Assembly: GCA_965249135.1 (NCBI GenBank)
Contig: OZ252220.1
Coordinates: forward strand, 960,001-1,024,000
DNA from: Alphaproteobacteria bacterium
GTDB lineage: Bacteria; Pseudomonadota; Alphaproteobacteria; GCA-2746255
Direction of reading: 5' to 3'
Length of the DNA stretch: 64,000 bases
Shown: positions 10,567-22,197 of the stretch, in pieces
Position numbering within the stretch: position 1 is the stretch's first letter
How the letters are laid out: each line of letters begins with the position of its first letter
Made by a program: the position numbers and the translations under genes
Notes under the pieces: generated by a model
Database searches by the model: none
What the model was told of the DNA's origin: nothing
The model's input: only the letters and a program-made list of their open reading frames with translations

Positions 10567-12490
10567 GTAGAGTCGAGGAAGGGCGCGGTGGTTTGTACCG
10601 CATTGGCATCACTCCGTTTCCCTTCCCCGCTCATCAAGCCGGACGTGCGAATTTCCCGCATCCGGCTTTCCGACTGGCTTCATCCCGGGGCACACGGCGG
10701 GGGGCCAAGATGAACCCGGCGCAGCCGAAGCACGCCGAGATCCCCGAACACGGTCCCAGCAGAGAACCGCGTGGTGCCGCGCGACGGCACCTTGTGACGC
10801 CTGACCAGAGAATGCCGCACGCGCTCATAGACGTAATTGTCGACCGCTCGATAGGCCGGCAGGCGCGTCCCGTAGCCGAAGTAGTGCGGCCAGCCGCGCA
10901 GCACGCTGTTCAGCTGGTCGCGCCTCGGGCCAGGGTGCCTGGTTGCCGGGCCGCAGGAGCCCTCGGACCTTCAGCTTGAGCCGAGCCACGCTCTTCCTGG
11001 ACGGGCTCGCCCCCAGATACCAGTGGCCATCCTTGCGAAAGCGCTGCGGGCCGAAGCTATAGCCCAGGAAGTCGAAGCTCTCCTTGCGGCCATCGCGGAC
11101 GCTGGTCTTGGCCTCGTTCAGGGTCAGTCCCAGCCGGGTCATCACCTGCCGCGTCCAGACCAAGGCCTCCCTCGCGTGTCCGCGACTGAGGATGACAAGG
11201 TCATCGGCATAGTTCACCACCTCGGCGCGGAACCTTGTGCCCTGCCCGGTGATCCGCCAGTACTTCAGAAAGCGGTTCATGTAGAGCGCGGCGAGCAGCG
11301 GCGAAACAATCCCGCCTTGCGGGGTTCCCCGTGTGCTCCCCCGGCCGCCCGTCATGCGCCGCTTGCCATCCCCGTCGGTCTCCTCGACCGGTGTCTTGAG
11401 CCACAATTTGATCAGGCGCAGGACGTTGCGATCGACGATCCGGCGCGCAACCGATTGCATCAGTTCCGCATGGGGAATCGTATCGAAGTACTTGGACAAA
11501 TCCGCGTCAACCACGTCCGTGTAGCCGCGACAGAGAAGCTTGTGGACCGCCTGGACGGCATCGCCCGCAGAGCGTTTCGGTCGGTAGCCATAGGCACTGG
11601 GCTCGAGATCGGCCTCGAAGATCGGTTCGATCACGAGCTTGACGGCGCCTTGCACCACCCGGTCCCGGATCGTCGGGATGCCGAGCGGTCGTTCGCCGCC
11701 GCCGGGCTTTGGGACCATCGCCCGCCGCACCGGCTCAGGTCTGTACGTCTTGGCGCGAAGGTCGTCCCTGATCCCGGACAGCCACCCCTCCAGCCCCATC
11801 GCCTCGATCTCCTCGAAGCTCTGTCCATCCACCCCCGGCGCGCCCTTGTTGGACCGCGCCAGTCGGTAGGCATGGAACAGGATGTCTTCGCGATAGACCT
11901 TGTCGTAGAGCAGGTAGAAGCGGAAGTCCGGTTCCGCCTTCGCCTTGAGATAGAGCTTCCTCTGGAGAGTCCGGATCTTTTCAGGTGTTTGCAGGCGCAT
12001 CGCCAATCACCCCGCCTCCTCTCCGTCAAAAGCGCACCAGAAGTAAGGGTGCTTCCCTCCGCCGGCATTACCCGGCATCAACGGTACTATCACCCTTTCC
12101 GATTCCCGCCCGCGCCGCCACCCGAGGTGACGTTGAGGCCGCTACCCTCGCCCGCGACGGGCCTCCCCCGATTACCCGTATCACCTTCCTTGCGTGCCGT
12201 GCCCACTACCCCGGCGGACCGGAACGGGTGCATTCGTCGGTTACTCCCCCGTTCCACGCGGCCTTCCCCTAATCTCAGGAGGGTCGGCGTCCATATCTTC
12301 ACTTTCGAGGCCTGCTCAGGCTTCACTCGCGTTCGGCCCGCAAGGTCGCTCAACCGCCCAAGGCGGCCTTTGTCACAGGACTTCGGTCCCGCCGGTTACC
12401 CGACAAGACCGCCTGTCAGCTACCAGATCAAACCGACAACTGTCTGGGTGGATCCTTCCTCCACTGGTGTTACGCGCCGTCGGGGCGCAC
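10567..12490 (-). mobile_element. Group II intron (1924 nt)
   Basis: Minus strand starts GTGCG at 12490; domain V GAAAGCCGGATGCGGGAAATTCGCACGTCCGGCTT; ends ...CGACTCTAC at 10567; internal RT ORF; flanks rejoin in frame. Confidence 0.93.
10680..12006 (-). pseudogene. ltrA: Group II intron reverse transcriptase/maturase, frameshifted near 10925, no endonuclease domain seen
   Basis: GAPGVDG, RPLGIPTIRDRVVQ, DADLSKYFD, GTPQGG, YADD, FDFLGY; maturase LRGW-HYF continues in another frame (10680-10904). Confidence 0.88.
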
Positions 12491-15400
12491 AGAGACTTTC
12501 GGGCGATCACCCATCCGGACGACCTCGAGGAAGACCTCGCCTACTTCGAAAAGGCGCTGGCCGGTGAGATTACCACCTACCAGATGGAGAAGCGCTATCT
12601 CCACAAGGCGGGCCACGCGGTCTGGGGCCTTCTAAGCGTCAGCCTGGTCAGGGATTCGGAAGGCAAGCCCCTTTACTTCGTCGGCCAGGTCTACGACCTC
12701 ACGCAACGTAAACAAACGGAAGCCGCCCTCGAGGAAAGCACCCGCCGGCTTCAGGGCATCCTCGACTACAGTCCGCTGCTGATCTCGATCAAGGACGTCG
12801 AGGGTCACTACAAGCTGTTCAGCCACCGCTACGAAGAGCTTCTGGGCAAGACCGGCGCGGAACTCGTCGGCCAGACGATCAAGGAGCGCTACCCGGACGA
12901 CCGCGAGATCGTCGCCCAGACGAAGCGCGAGGACCGCGAGCTCCTCAAGACCGGCCGGCCCCTTGAAAAATACATGACGACGCGGCGCTTCCAGGGCATG
13001 GAGCGGACGACGCTGGTCACAAAATTCCTGCTGCGTGGGCCAGATGGCGAACCGAACGAGATCTGCGGCATCGGCATCGACGTCACGGAACGCCGCGAGG
13101 CCGAAAAGGCGCTCGAGGAAAGCACCCGCCGGCTCCAGGGCATCCTCGACTACGCGCCGATCTACATCACGATCAAGGAGGCCGACGGCCGCTACAAGAT
13201 CTTCAATCGCCAATACGAAGTGAGCTCGGGCATCAAAAGCGAAGACATCGTCGGCAAGACGATCAATGAGCGTTTCCAGGACACCCCGGAGCTTCTCGCA
13301 GAGATCGAACGGCAAGACAAGGAACTGCTCCGGACCGGCAAGGCGAAGCAGGGTTACGAGTCCACCCGCGTCTTCAAGGGCGAGGAACGGATCCTGCTCA
13401 CGACGAAGTTTCCGCTTGAAGGCGCGTACGGAGCGCCCGGCGAGATCGTCTCCATGGCGATGGACATCACCGAACGCAAGCGGGCCGAGGAGGCCTTCAA
13501 GGAACGCCACCGGCAATTGCAGGGCATCCTCGACTACGCGCCGATCGGCATCTCGCTCAAGGACACAGCAGGAAACTACAAGTGGGTGAACCGGCATTAC
13601 GAACAACTGACCGGCAAGACCAACGACGAGATGGTCGGAAAAAAGTGGACGAAGCCTATCGGAAAACCCCCGACAGCGCCACGTTCTCCGGAGATAGCGC
13701 GCGTACGGACCAGGAGGTGATTCGAACCGGCGAGCCCCTTCGCCAAGAGAACTTCCTATTCCTTAACCGCACCCTCCAGCGCACGAAGTTCCTGATCCTG
13801 GATGAGGACGGCACGCCGAACGAGGTCTGTTCCATCGTCCACGACGTCACCGACCGTGTGACGATCGAGGAAGCGCTGCGTGAAAACGAGGAACAGCTGC
13901 GCCTGATCCTGGAGGCGGTCGGCGAAGGGATCTACGGGCTCGACCTCGAGGGAAGGGGCACCTTCGTCAATCCCGCCGTCGCCGAAATGACCGGGTTTCG
14001 GGTCGACGAGCTGATCGGCCAGATGCTCCACCCGCTCATCCACCACGGCTACCCGGACGGTACCCCCTACCCCGTCGACACGTGCCCGATGTACGCGGCC
14101 TTCACGGACGGCACCCCCCACCAGATGAAGGACGAGGTACTGTGGCGGAAGGACGGGACGAGCTTTCCCGTCGAATACACCAGCACGCCGCTTCGCAAGG
14201 AGGGGAAACTGGTCGGCGCCGTCGTCACCTTCAACGACGTCACGGAACGCCGCGCCGCCGAGCAGGCGTTGGAGGAAAGCCTGCGCCGGCTCCAGGGCAT
14301 CCTCGATAACAGCCCGATGCTGATCTCGGTCAAGGGCCGCGACGGCCGCTACAAGATCGCCAACCGCTATTACGAGGTGCTTTCCGGGATCAAGGGCGCC
14401 GACATGATCGGCAAGACGGCTTCCAAGCGATTCCCCGACAACCCCGATCTCGCCACGCGGACCGAGGCGGAAGACGCCGAGATATTCCGGACCGGCGAGG
14501 CGAAGCAGGATTACGAGACGACCCGCATCTTTCATGGCGAGGAGCGGTACTTCCTGACGACGAAGTCGCCGCTGATGGGCCCGGACGGAAAGCCCAACGA
14601 GATCGTCGCCATCGGGATGGACATCACCGAACGCAAGCGGGCCGAAGGCGCCCTTCGCGAGAGCCACCTGCAACTGCAGGGCATCCTCAATTTCGCACCG
14701 CTCTGCGTCTCGCTCAAGGACCTCGAAGGCCGCTACAAATGGGTCAACCGTTATTACGAAGAGATGTTCGGCGTGCGCTCCGAGGACCTGATCGGGAAAA
14801 CGGCACTCGAGGCTTACGCGGAGGGCCCCTTAAGCCCGGAGGTACTGAAGAAGACCCATGAGGCGGATCAGCAGGTCATCCATTCCTCCGAGCCGATCTA
14901 CGAGCAGAGCTTCGCGCAAACGCTGCCGGACGGAAAGACCCACTACTTCCAAAGAACGAAGTTCACGCTCAAGGACAGCGACGGCAACCCGACCGAGATT
15001 TGCGCGATCACCGCCGACGTCACCCAGAACGAGGAGATGGAGCGGGCCCTTCGGGAAAGCGAGGCGCGGTTCCGGAACATCGCCGAGCGGGCGCCGGTCC
15101 CCATTGCCATCACCCGGATCTCGGACGGCAAGATCCTCTATGCGAACCCGGCGGTGGCCGCCTTTTACGGCGTCGGCGAATTGACCGGCCGACGGTCACA
15201 GGACTTCTATCGGGACCCGGCGGACCGCGTCGGCATCATGGAGCGCCTCCTCGAGGAAGGCTATCTCCACGACGTCGAGGTGAATCTGAAGAAGGCGGAT
15301 GGTTCGCCGATCGCGGCGATCGCTTCCCTTGCCCGGATCACCTTCGACGACGAGGACGCGGCGATGAGCGTCGTTCACGACGTGACCCAGATTAAAGAGG

Positions 15401-17070
15401 CCGAGGTAGCGCTTCGCGAAAGCGAGGCGCGGTTCCGCGCCGTCGTCGAAGGCTCGCCCCTGCCGCTGATCATCGCGCGGCTTTCCGACGGGCGCATCAC
15501 CTTCGCCAACTCCCATGCCGGCCCGGCCTTCGGCTTAGGCCCGGACGAGATCGTCGGCCGGCACACCCAGGAATTCTATCAGCACCCCGAGGACCGGGAC
15601 GCCATCAAGACCCTCCTCCAGGAGAAGGGCGACGCGCACGGCTTCGAACTCAAGATGAAGAAGGCGGACGGCACGCCGATGATTGCCCTCGTCTCCACCC
15701 ACGTCGTCACCTACGACGGCGAGCAAGCCCTGCTCTCCGGCTTCCAGGACATCACCGCCTTCAAGGAGGCCGAGGAACAGCTTCGCCAGGCGACGAAGAT
15801 GGAGGCCATCGGCCAGCTGACCGGCGGCATCGCCCATGACTTCAACAACCTTCTCGGCATCATCATCGGCAATCTGGAACTGCTGGACGAGCGCAACTCC
15901 GATGAGGCGACCCATAACTTCGCGCGGCGCGCACTGGGGGCGGCGGATCGCGGGGCGACGCTTACCCAACGCCTGCTTGCCTTCTCGCGCAAACAGGCCC
16001 TGGAACCGCTCTCTACCGACTTGAACCGGCTCGTCTCCGGCATGATGGAACTGTTCGAATACAGCCTCAACAAGACCATCGAGATCGAAACCCATCTCAC
16101 CGACGACCTCTGGCCCGCCATGATCGACCCGAACCAGTTGGAAAGCGTGATCCTGAACCTTGCCCTGAACGCCCAGGACGCGATGCCGAGCGGCGGCCAT
16201 CTGACATTCGCGACCGAGAACGTCGACGCCGATGCCCTCGACCTTGCCGACGAAGAACTTCGTTCCGACTGCTATGTCCTGCTCACCGTCCGCGACACCG
16301 GCATCGGCATCCCGAAGGAGGACCTGGCCCGCGTCTTCGACCCGTTCTTCACGACGAGGGGCATCGGCAAGGGAAGCGGGCTTGGCCTAAGCGTGGTCTA
16401 CGGGTTCATCCGGCAATCCGGCGGCGTGATCCGGATCGAAAGCAAGCTCAGCCAAGGAACGGCCATCCAGGTCTACCTGCCGGTGGCAGACGAAAGCGCC
16501 GAGGCGGCCGAAACTGCGTTGCCCGAGTTGAAAGAGCTCGAAGGTAACGGCGAGACGATCCTGATCGTCGAGGACGACGTCGAAATGCGCAGCATGGCGA
16601 AACGGATGCTGACCGGCCTCAACTATCGGGTGATCGAGGCCGGGGATGCGTTCGCGGCACTCGAACTCCTCGAATCGACGCGCGGCATCGACCTCCTGTT
16701 CACGGACGTCATCCTGCCGAAGGGCCTGAACGGCGTCGAGCTTGCGAAGAAGGCGCGGAGGCGCCATGAGGATCTGAGGGTACTGCTGACGTCCGGCTAT
16801 CTGGGTGAATTTCCCGAAGCCGTCGACCCGGGCGATCTAGGCGTCGACCTCGTCGAGAAGCCCTACCGCAAGCGGGTGCTCGCCAAGAAAATCCGCGAAG
16901 CTTTGGCCAGCGCCGCTTGAGACCCTTATCGTCTGAGGCGGCCCGCCTGGGGACAATTCTCATAACTTCCTGAAATTCACGGCTTTTTGGCACGCTCATC
17001 GTTTGCCTTTGAGGGGCGTTTATGGTTAATTTTCGTTAACTATAAGCATCCTCAAGGCACGAGGCATGCG

Positions 17071-18544
17071 ATGAAGGCCTATGAGGAGCTGGTTGGGGAG
17101 GAAGGCCACCGGGTCAACTACCGGGCCGACCGTTACAAGGTCGGGGATCTGTTTCGCCGGGTGTTGCCCGATGTTGAAATCGACCATCTTCCCTACGCGC
17201 TCCATGACGTAAGCATGAGCGGCATCGCCGTCTTCGCGAACCGTCAGACGAACTGGTCCGGCGAGCGCGGCGATGAGGTGCCGATTCATCTCCGCCTCGG
17301 GGACACCGTCCTGCACGAGGGGCGTGGGCGCATCTGCCGCATCGAGCCGACGCCGTTTGGCACGAAGATCGCCATGCAATTGACGAGCGGCTACCTCAAT
17401 ATCCCGGAACTTATTGCCAAGCACGAGGAGATCTGCCTCCACCGCGAGCTTGAAGATGGTCTCAACGCTACGAACGCGCATATTCCTGCCGCCTACCGTG
17501 AGTTGGTTTCCGACGTGCTGCATCTGCTGCACCGCTACCGCGTGGCGCTCGAGAAATTCGAGGCGGACCAAGACCCCCACACGCCGGCGGACGACGCCCG
17601 GCTGGCCAATGTGCTTTCGATCTGTGAAGAACGCATCCTGCCTGAGTACCGCGCCCTTTGGTACCAGGCGAACGCGCTCGTGCAACCCGTCATGGAGGAT
17701 CCGGAAGCGCTGAAGGAGACGAAGCGCTTCACCGAGTTGGTGCTGATGCCGGAATTCATGGAGGGTCCGATCTGGAGACGCAGCTACGAGAAGCCGCTTG
17801 GCTATCCGGGCGACTTCGAGGTCATGAACTACGTCTACGCCTGGCGTCGGCAAGGGGCGAGCGCGTTTGGAAAACTCCTTCACCGTATCGGCCTCGACGG
17901 GGGGGTACATCGCAAACCGCATGGTCATGATGCAACAGACGATTGCCGAAGTCGTCGCCGGGAAGACCGGCCCCGTCCAGATCACGAATCTGGCCTGCGG
18001 CCCCGCCCGGGAGATCGTCAACTATTTGCGTCTCGGAGCACTTCCCGAGGCCGTCTGCGTCACGCTGATCGACCAGGATCATCGGGCGCTTGCCCAAACC
18101 TATGAACGAACCTATCCGGAAACCCTGCGACTGGCAGGGCAAGCCACCGTGAACTGCCTGCATGTCTCCTTCGGACAGCTCCTGAAGGGTGAGAATTTCC
18201 TGAAGAAGATCCCGGCCCAGGACCTGATCTATACGATCGGCCTCGTGGATTATCTAAGCGAGGCGAAGGCCCGTTCCCTCATCGATGGGCTCTACCGGCA
18301 GTTGGCGCCGGGCGGTTCCCTGGTCATCGGCAACGTCAAGCAAGGCCCTTCCTCACTGTTGTGGCCGGCCGAGTTCCTCTGCGACTGGAGCCTCGTCTAT
18401 CGGACGGAGGCCGACATGTTCGACCTCGCGCGCGACCTTCCCTCGGCCGCGGTCACGGTGAAGGCCGACACGACGGATCGCATCCAGCTTCTCTATCTGC
18501 GAAAACCCGACGTAAGCCTGCGAAAACCCGATTTAAGCGCTTAA
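17071..18544 (+). CDS. Class I SAM methyltransferase, PhcB-like, with PilZ-like N-terminus; frameshift at G7 run 17899-17905
   Basis: RSYEKPLGYPGDFEVMNY, then NLACGPAREI, LIDQD, DLIYTIGLVDYL, LAPGGSLVIGN, CDWSLVYRT; N-terminal HDVSMSG resembles the PilZ DxSxxG motif. Confidence 0.65.
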
Positions 18545-19980
18545 GCGGCATCCCCCGAGAGCTTAGGCGGCCCCGCCCCCCTGGGGAGCACCCGCCTGGC
18601 GGGCAGCCGTGCGGTGACGGTCGTGCCGACCCTGATCTCGCTTTCGACCGCGAGCGAGCCGTCATGCAGCTCCATGACTTTCTTGGCCAGCGGCAGGCCA
18701 AGCCCGCTGCCTTCATGGCCGCGGCTAAAGGCGCTTTCCACCTGAACGAAGGGCTCGACGATCTTGACTAGATCCTCCCTCGCGATGCCGATGCCGCTGT
18801 CCTCGATCCGCACATGGACGCTCTCGTCCTCGGCGTGGCCGATGGAAAGGATGACGGAGCCCCCCTTCTGGGTAAATTTCACCGCGTTCGAGATGAGGTT
18901 GATGAAGCTTTGCCGTAACAGGCGCGGATCCGCCCGCACCTGGGTGGCCACGCGCGGCATGTCGAACTGAAGCCGGACCCCGCTTTCCGCGGCGCGTTCG
19001 CGGAACATGCGCATGCACCCATCCAGCACCTCCGTCAGATCGACGACCTCTTCCCGAAGCGCGAGCCGGCCGGCTTCCGCCTTCGAAAGGTCGAGGATAT
19101 CCGTAATCAGGCTTAAGAGGTGCGTGCCGCTGTTGTAGATGTCCTCGATATAGGTCAGATATTTCTTCGATCCGATCGGACCGAACATCTGCTGCTTGAT
19201 CACTTCGGAAAAGCCGAGAATGGCGTTCAAGGGCGTGCGCAGCTCATGGCTCATGAGGGCAAGGAATTCCGTCTTCGCCCGGCTGCTGGCGCGTGCCTCT
19301 TCCAGAAGCTGATCGGTCCGGTCTTTTTCCTTCAGGAGAAGCTGCGTATTGATGAAGTTCTGCCGGATATAGAGTTCCTGCGTGTAGCTCGTGAAAACGC
19401 CGATGGCCAAGGAAACGGTCAGGAAAAAATCATTGTTGATAAGCGTCTCAGTGGGAATCGGATTCACGACCAACGCAACGACCTGGTAAATCGCCAGCAA
19501 CGTCAGGGAAATAGCCGCCGCATACACGTAGCGAAAGACGCTTAAGGACGAGCAATAGATGATGACGATAATGAGGCCGGCGTAATAAAAGTGACTGCCC
19601 GGCGCGTTTGCGACGGCCACCATGCCAAGGATGCCTAACCCGGGGACGAGCATTGCGAGTGCCAGGACAGGCTGCGAGATGCGCAGGAAAAGCTTCGTAC
19701 GCGTGACGAAAAAGATCCCGATCAGAATCGGGCAGACGATCCCGTAACGGATGATCCAGATCTCCGTTAGCTTGTCCGGGACGATGTAGAGATCGAGAAC
19801 GCCGAAGATGACATAGAGGAATAGGCCGGCAAGGGTGAAAACCCAGATGATGGGAAGCGATTGGCGGATATGCATGATCCGGTAGCGCCGCTCCGTCTCA
19901 TCACTCGTGAAACGCAAGTTGAGCTTGCCAAGCTTAAGCGCCTGGGCGTCCCATGCATCTTCCAGACTGTTCCTTGCCAT
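18541..19980 (-). CDS. Membrane sensor histidine kinase (PleC/DivJ-type H-box, about 6 TM N-terminus)
   Basis: FLALMSHELRTPLNAILGFSE, NLISNAVKFT, DSGIG, GSGLGL. Confidence 0.92.
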   Translation of the reverse strand: MARNSLEDAWDAQALKLGKLNLRFTSDETERRYRIMHIRQSLPIIWVFTLAGLFLYVIFGVLDLYIVPDKLTEIWIIRYGIVCPILIGIFFVTRTKLFLRISQPVLALAMLVPGLGILGMVAVANAPGSHFYYAGLIIVIIYCSSLSVFRYVYAAAISLTLLAIYQVVALVVNPIPTETLINNDFFLTVSLAIGVFTSYTQELYIRQNFINTQLLLKEKDRTDQLLEEARASSRAKTEFLALMSHELRTPLNAILGFSEVIKQQMFGPIGSKKYLTYIEDIYNSGTHLLSLITDILDLSKAEAGRLALREEVVDLTEVLDGCMRMFRERAAESGVRLQFDMPRVATQVRADPRLLRQSFINLISNAVKFTQKGGSVILSIGHAEDESVHVRIEDSGIGIAREDLVKIVEPFVQVESAFSRGHEGSGLGLPLAKKVMELHDGSLAVESEIRVGTTVTARLPARRVLPRGAGPPKLSGDAA

Positions 19981-20051
19981 GCGTCCTCTGCTTCACCGGG
20001 CGAGCCTGTGCCCCCGCCGAAGCGCCTTTCGCCATACGGGCGCCACACGGG

Positions 20052-20098
20052 TTAATGGTCCGTTAAGAGCCTAAGACGAAAGTTTAAAAATTCCTTAA
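20052..20098 (-). promoter_or_regulatory. Two CtrA-type boxes (TTAA-N7-TTAA)
   Basis: ttaa-tggtccg-ttaa 20052-20066 and ttaa-aaattcc-ttaa 20084-20098 upstream of the kinase. Confidence 0.6.
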
Positions 20099-20137
20099 AC
20101 ATGCCCGGAGATGGGCGGTAGACGCGGCGTTCGGCCC

Positions 20138-21361
20138 CTAGAAGAAGCGGCTCAGGCGAAGCGTCAGGAAATCGTCCTCGCTTATCCCGGAAAGCAGGAC
20201 GTCGTCCTTCTCGTTGAAGCTGAAGCGGCCTTCGAGTGCGATCTTGTAGCGATCGCCGATCCGGCGCTCCGCCTCGACGAAGAGGAAGACGGCCTCGGAC
20301 GACCGGTCGATGGTGGCGCCGGCCAGTACCTCCGTGCTCTGAACGTCGTTCAGTGCCAGGCGCGTTCCCAGAAAAAGGTCGCCGTCTGCGGCGGTGAACG
20401 GGGCGCCCGCCTTGTCGCGGCCGTCATATTGGTATTCGGCGAGAAGGCCCAGATCGTAGACCATCTCGAAGATCTGATAGAGCGTGTATTCGAAACCGGC
20501 GACGGTCGCAAAGAACCGTTTCCCATGGCCGCTTCGGGTCATCGCCTCCAATTTCCAGAGCCACGCCTCCATCGTCAACTGGACGTCGAGGCCGGTCTGG
20601 TCGATCTGATCGTAATGGGGAACGAAGACGATTTGCCCGCTTGTTCGCGGCGTGAGGATCAGCCGTGGCTCGCGACTCGTTCCATGAAAATGGGAAATGC
20701 CTAAGTCCCAGTCCTCGATCGTGTGGGACCAGCGAAACGCGAAGTCGACATGGGCCTCCTTGGCGGCCGAGTCGTAGGTCGCATCGTCGTCGTCGATCGG
20801 AAGCGGGCCGCGCAGGCGCGCATCGTCGTCCGGAAAGGTGCGCTCGCGAAAACCGGGCAGCACGAAGGCGGAAATCGTCCCCCAATCCTCCTGCAGCTGG
20901 ACGTTCACCATCGGCTGGCCAAGCTTGTCCTCGTTGTCGACGTCCTCGACCCCGTCGAACTGGTTGATGATGTCGACCAAGTGGCGCGATTCGGTGACCC
21001 CCCAGAAGACGCGGTCGAAGCCTATGACCAGGTCCCAGCCCTTGCCCACATGCAGCCAGTTCGCCTCGCGGATATCGGCGTGGGTGCGGCGGTCGTCGTC
21101 GGCGTCGAACCGCGCGAAGGGAACGAAGGTCAGGCGGTCCTTGCGCCGGCTCCACTCATAGACGACTTCCGGCTCCGCAACCACGGAGGGAGAGATTTCC
21201 GCATTGCCCTGTTCGGGAAAGAGCGCCCGGTTCGGAAAGTACCGCGTCTCGAATGCGACGAAGCCGGAAAGTTCAAACTCACCGGCAGCCGCGCCGTTCG
21301 CAGCGACGGGAAGCTGCGCGAAAACAAGAAGGACGAAAAAAAGAGTGCGCGCTTTCGTCAA
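20138..21361 (-). CDS. Putative outer-membrane beta-barrel protein of the MMPL cluster
   Basis: Signal peptide, DIREANW, VFWGVTESRHLVDIINQ, alternating beta pattern, C-terminal Phe. Confidence 0.7.
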   Translation of the reverse strand: MTKARTLFFVLLVFAQLPVAANGAAAGEFELSGFVAFETRYFPNRALFPEQGNAEISPSVVAEPEVVYEWSRRKDRLTFVPFARFDADDDRRTHADIREANWLHVGKGWDLVIGFDRVFWGVTESRHLVDIINQFDGVEDVDNEDKLGQPMVNVQLQEDWGTISAFVLPGFRERTFPDDDARLRGPLPIDDDDATYDSAAKEAHVDFAFRWSHTIEDWDLGISHFHGTSREPRLILTPRTSGQIVFVPHYDQIDQTGLDVQLTMEAWLWKLEAMTRSGHGKRFFATVAGFEYTLYQIFEMVYDLGLLAEYQYDGRDKAGAPFTAADGDLFLGTRLALNDVQSTEVLAGATIDRSSEAVFLFVEAERRIGDRYKIALEGRFSFNEKDDVLLSGISEDDFLTLRLSRFF

Positions 21362-22197
21362 CGGGCCCGTTTCAAACGACTGGGCGTGAAATCACTTTCA
21401 TCCACGCCGAGGCGGAAATTGTAGTTCTTAAACTTAAGCGTTGTCGCCTTCCCGGTCTGCACGTTGTCCATGTGCATGCGATGGGGTCGCCAGTATTGAT
21501 CCAGATAGTGGTGGTACTCCGTTTGAACGAGCACTTTCAACAGCTCGTTCTTGCGATCATAATATTCGACCTTCATCACGCGGTACTCGTCCTGATCAAC
21601 CCAGACCGTTTGGCTCGTATAGCCGGAATATTCATAGACCGGATGGCGTTCGACGACGAAGCACTGAAGTTCGCCGCAGGCCTCGTCCCGAAGCCGTTTG
21701 TATGTGTATTTTGCGACCTCCTGAGACGAGATGTCCTCGTAGGCGAACTCGCTGCCGACGAAGGGACCGGATTTGTTGACGGACGAGATGCGCTTCACGC
21801 GCTTGATGGCCGGCAGATAGAGCCATTGATCGTCTGGATCGAGAATCTTCGTATGGGACAGGAACGCCGTGCCTTCGATGTCGCGGGGTTTATCGAACAC
21901 GGTCAGGCTCTTGTCGCCGAGGCCGGTATCCGAAACCTCAAGCGTCTGGATTCGCAAATCGCGGGTGCTGGATTCCCCATTGCGGTTGGTAAGAACCATG
22001 TTCAATTCGACCTCGCTGTCGTTCCAGCCGAGATCGCGGCGATCGATCTCCTCGGCGATGGCGAGACCTTTTTCCTCCGGCGTTTCGGCCAACGCCGTTC
22101 CCACCCAAAGGACAAGCCCGGCAGCGAAGCCAACGGCGGCGAATCCCCGCCCGGCAGCTTTCCTAATTCGCTGGCTTCGTGACGACGTCCTGGACAT
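21358..22197 (-). CDS. Outer-membrane lipoprotein-sorting (LolA-like) protein
   Basis: [33 protein letters not shown] motif; N-terminal signal segment. Confidence 0.85.
   Translation of the reverse strand: [279 protein letters not shown]

Larger units (their letters stand above)
9961..16920 (+). pseudogene. Multi-PAS (about 10) hybrid histidine kinase/receiver, interrupted by an antisense group II intron and one frameshift
   Basis: Removing 10567-12490 joins GYSEAELLA to RDFRAITHPDDL in frame; frame change at A6 run 13639-13644; H-box [15 protein letters not shown], receiver LLFTDVILP; start uncertain. Confidence 0.85.

Noticed and set aside
10680-12006. Retron, DGR or defence RT
   Set aside because: Has RT0, maturase, GTGCG start and domain V/VI of a group II intron; no TR/VR pair or msr-msd seen.
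11023-12567. Long antisense ORFs such as this 514-aa one, 48170-49720 and 1502-2611
   Set aside because: Shadow frames of real genes in high-GC DNA with no recognisable motifs.
16988-17003. sigma54 promoter TGGCACG upstream of the methyltransferase
   Set aside because: The -12 element reads TCGT, not TTGC.
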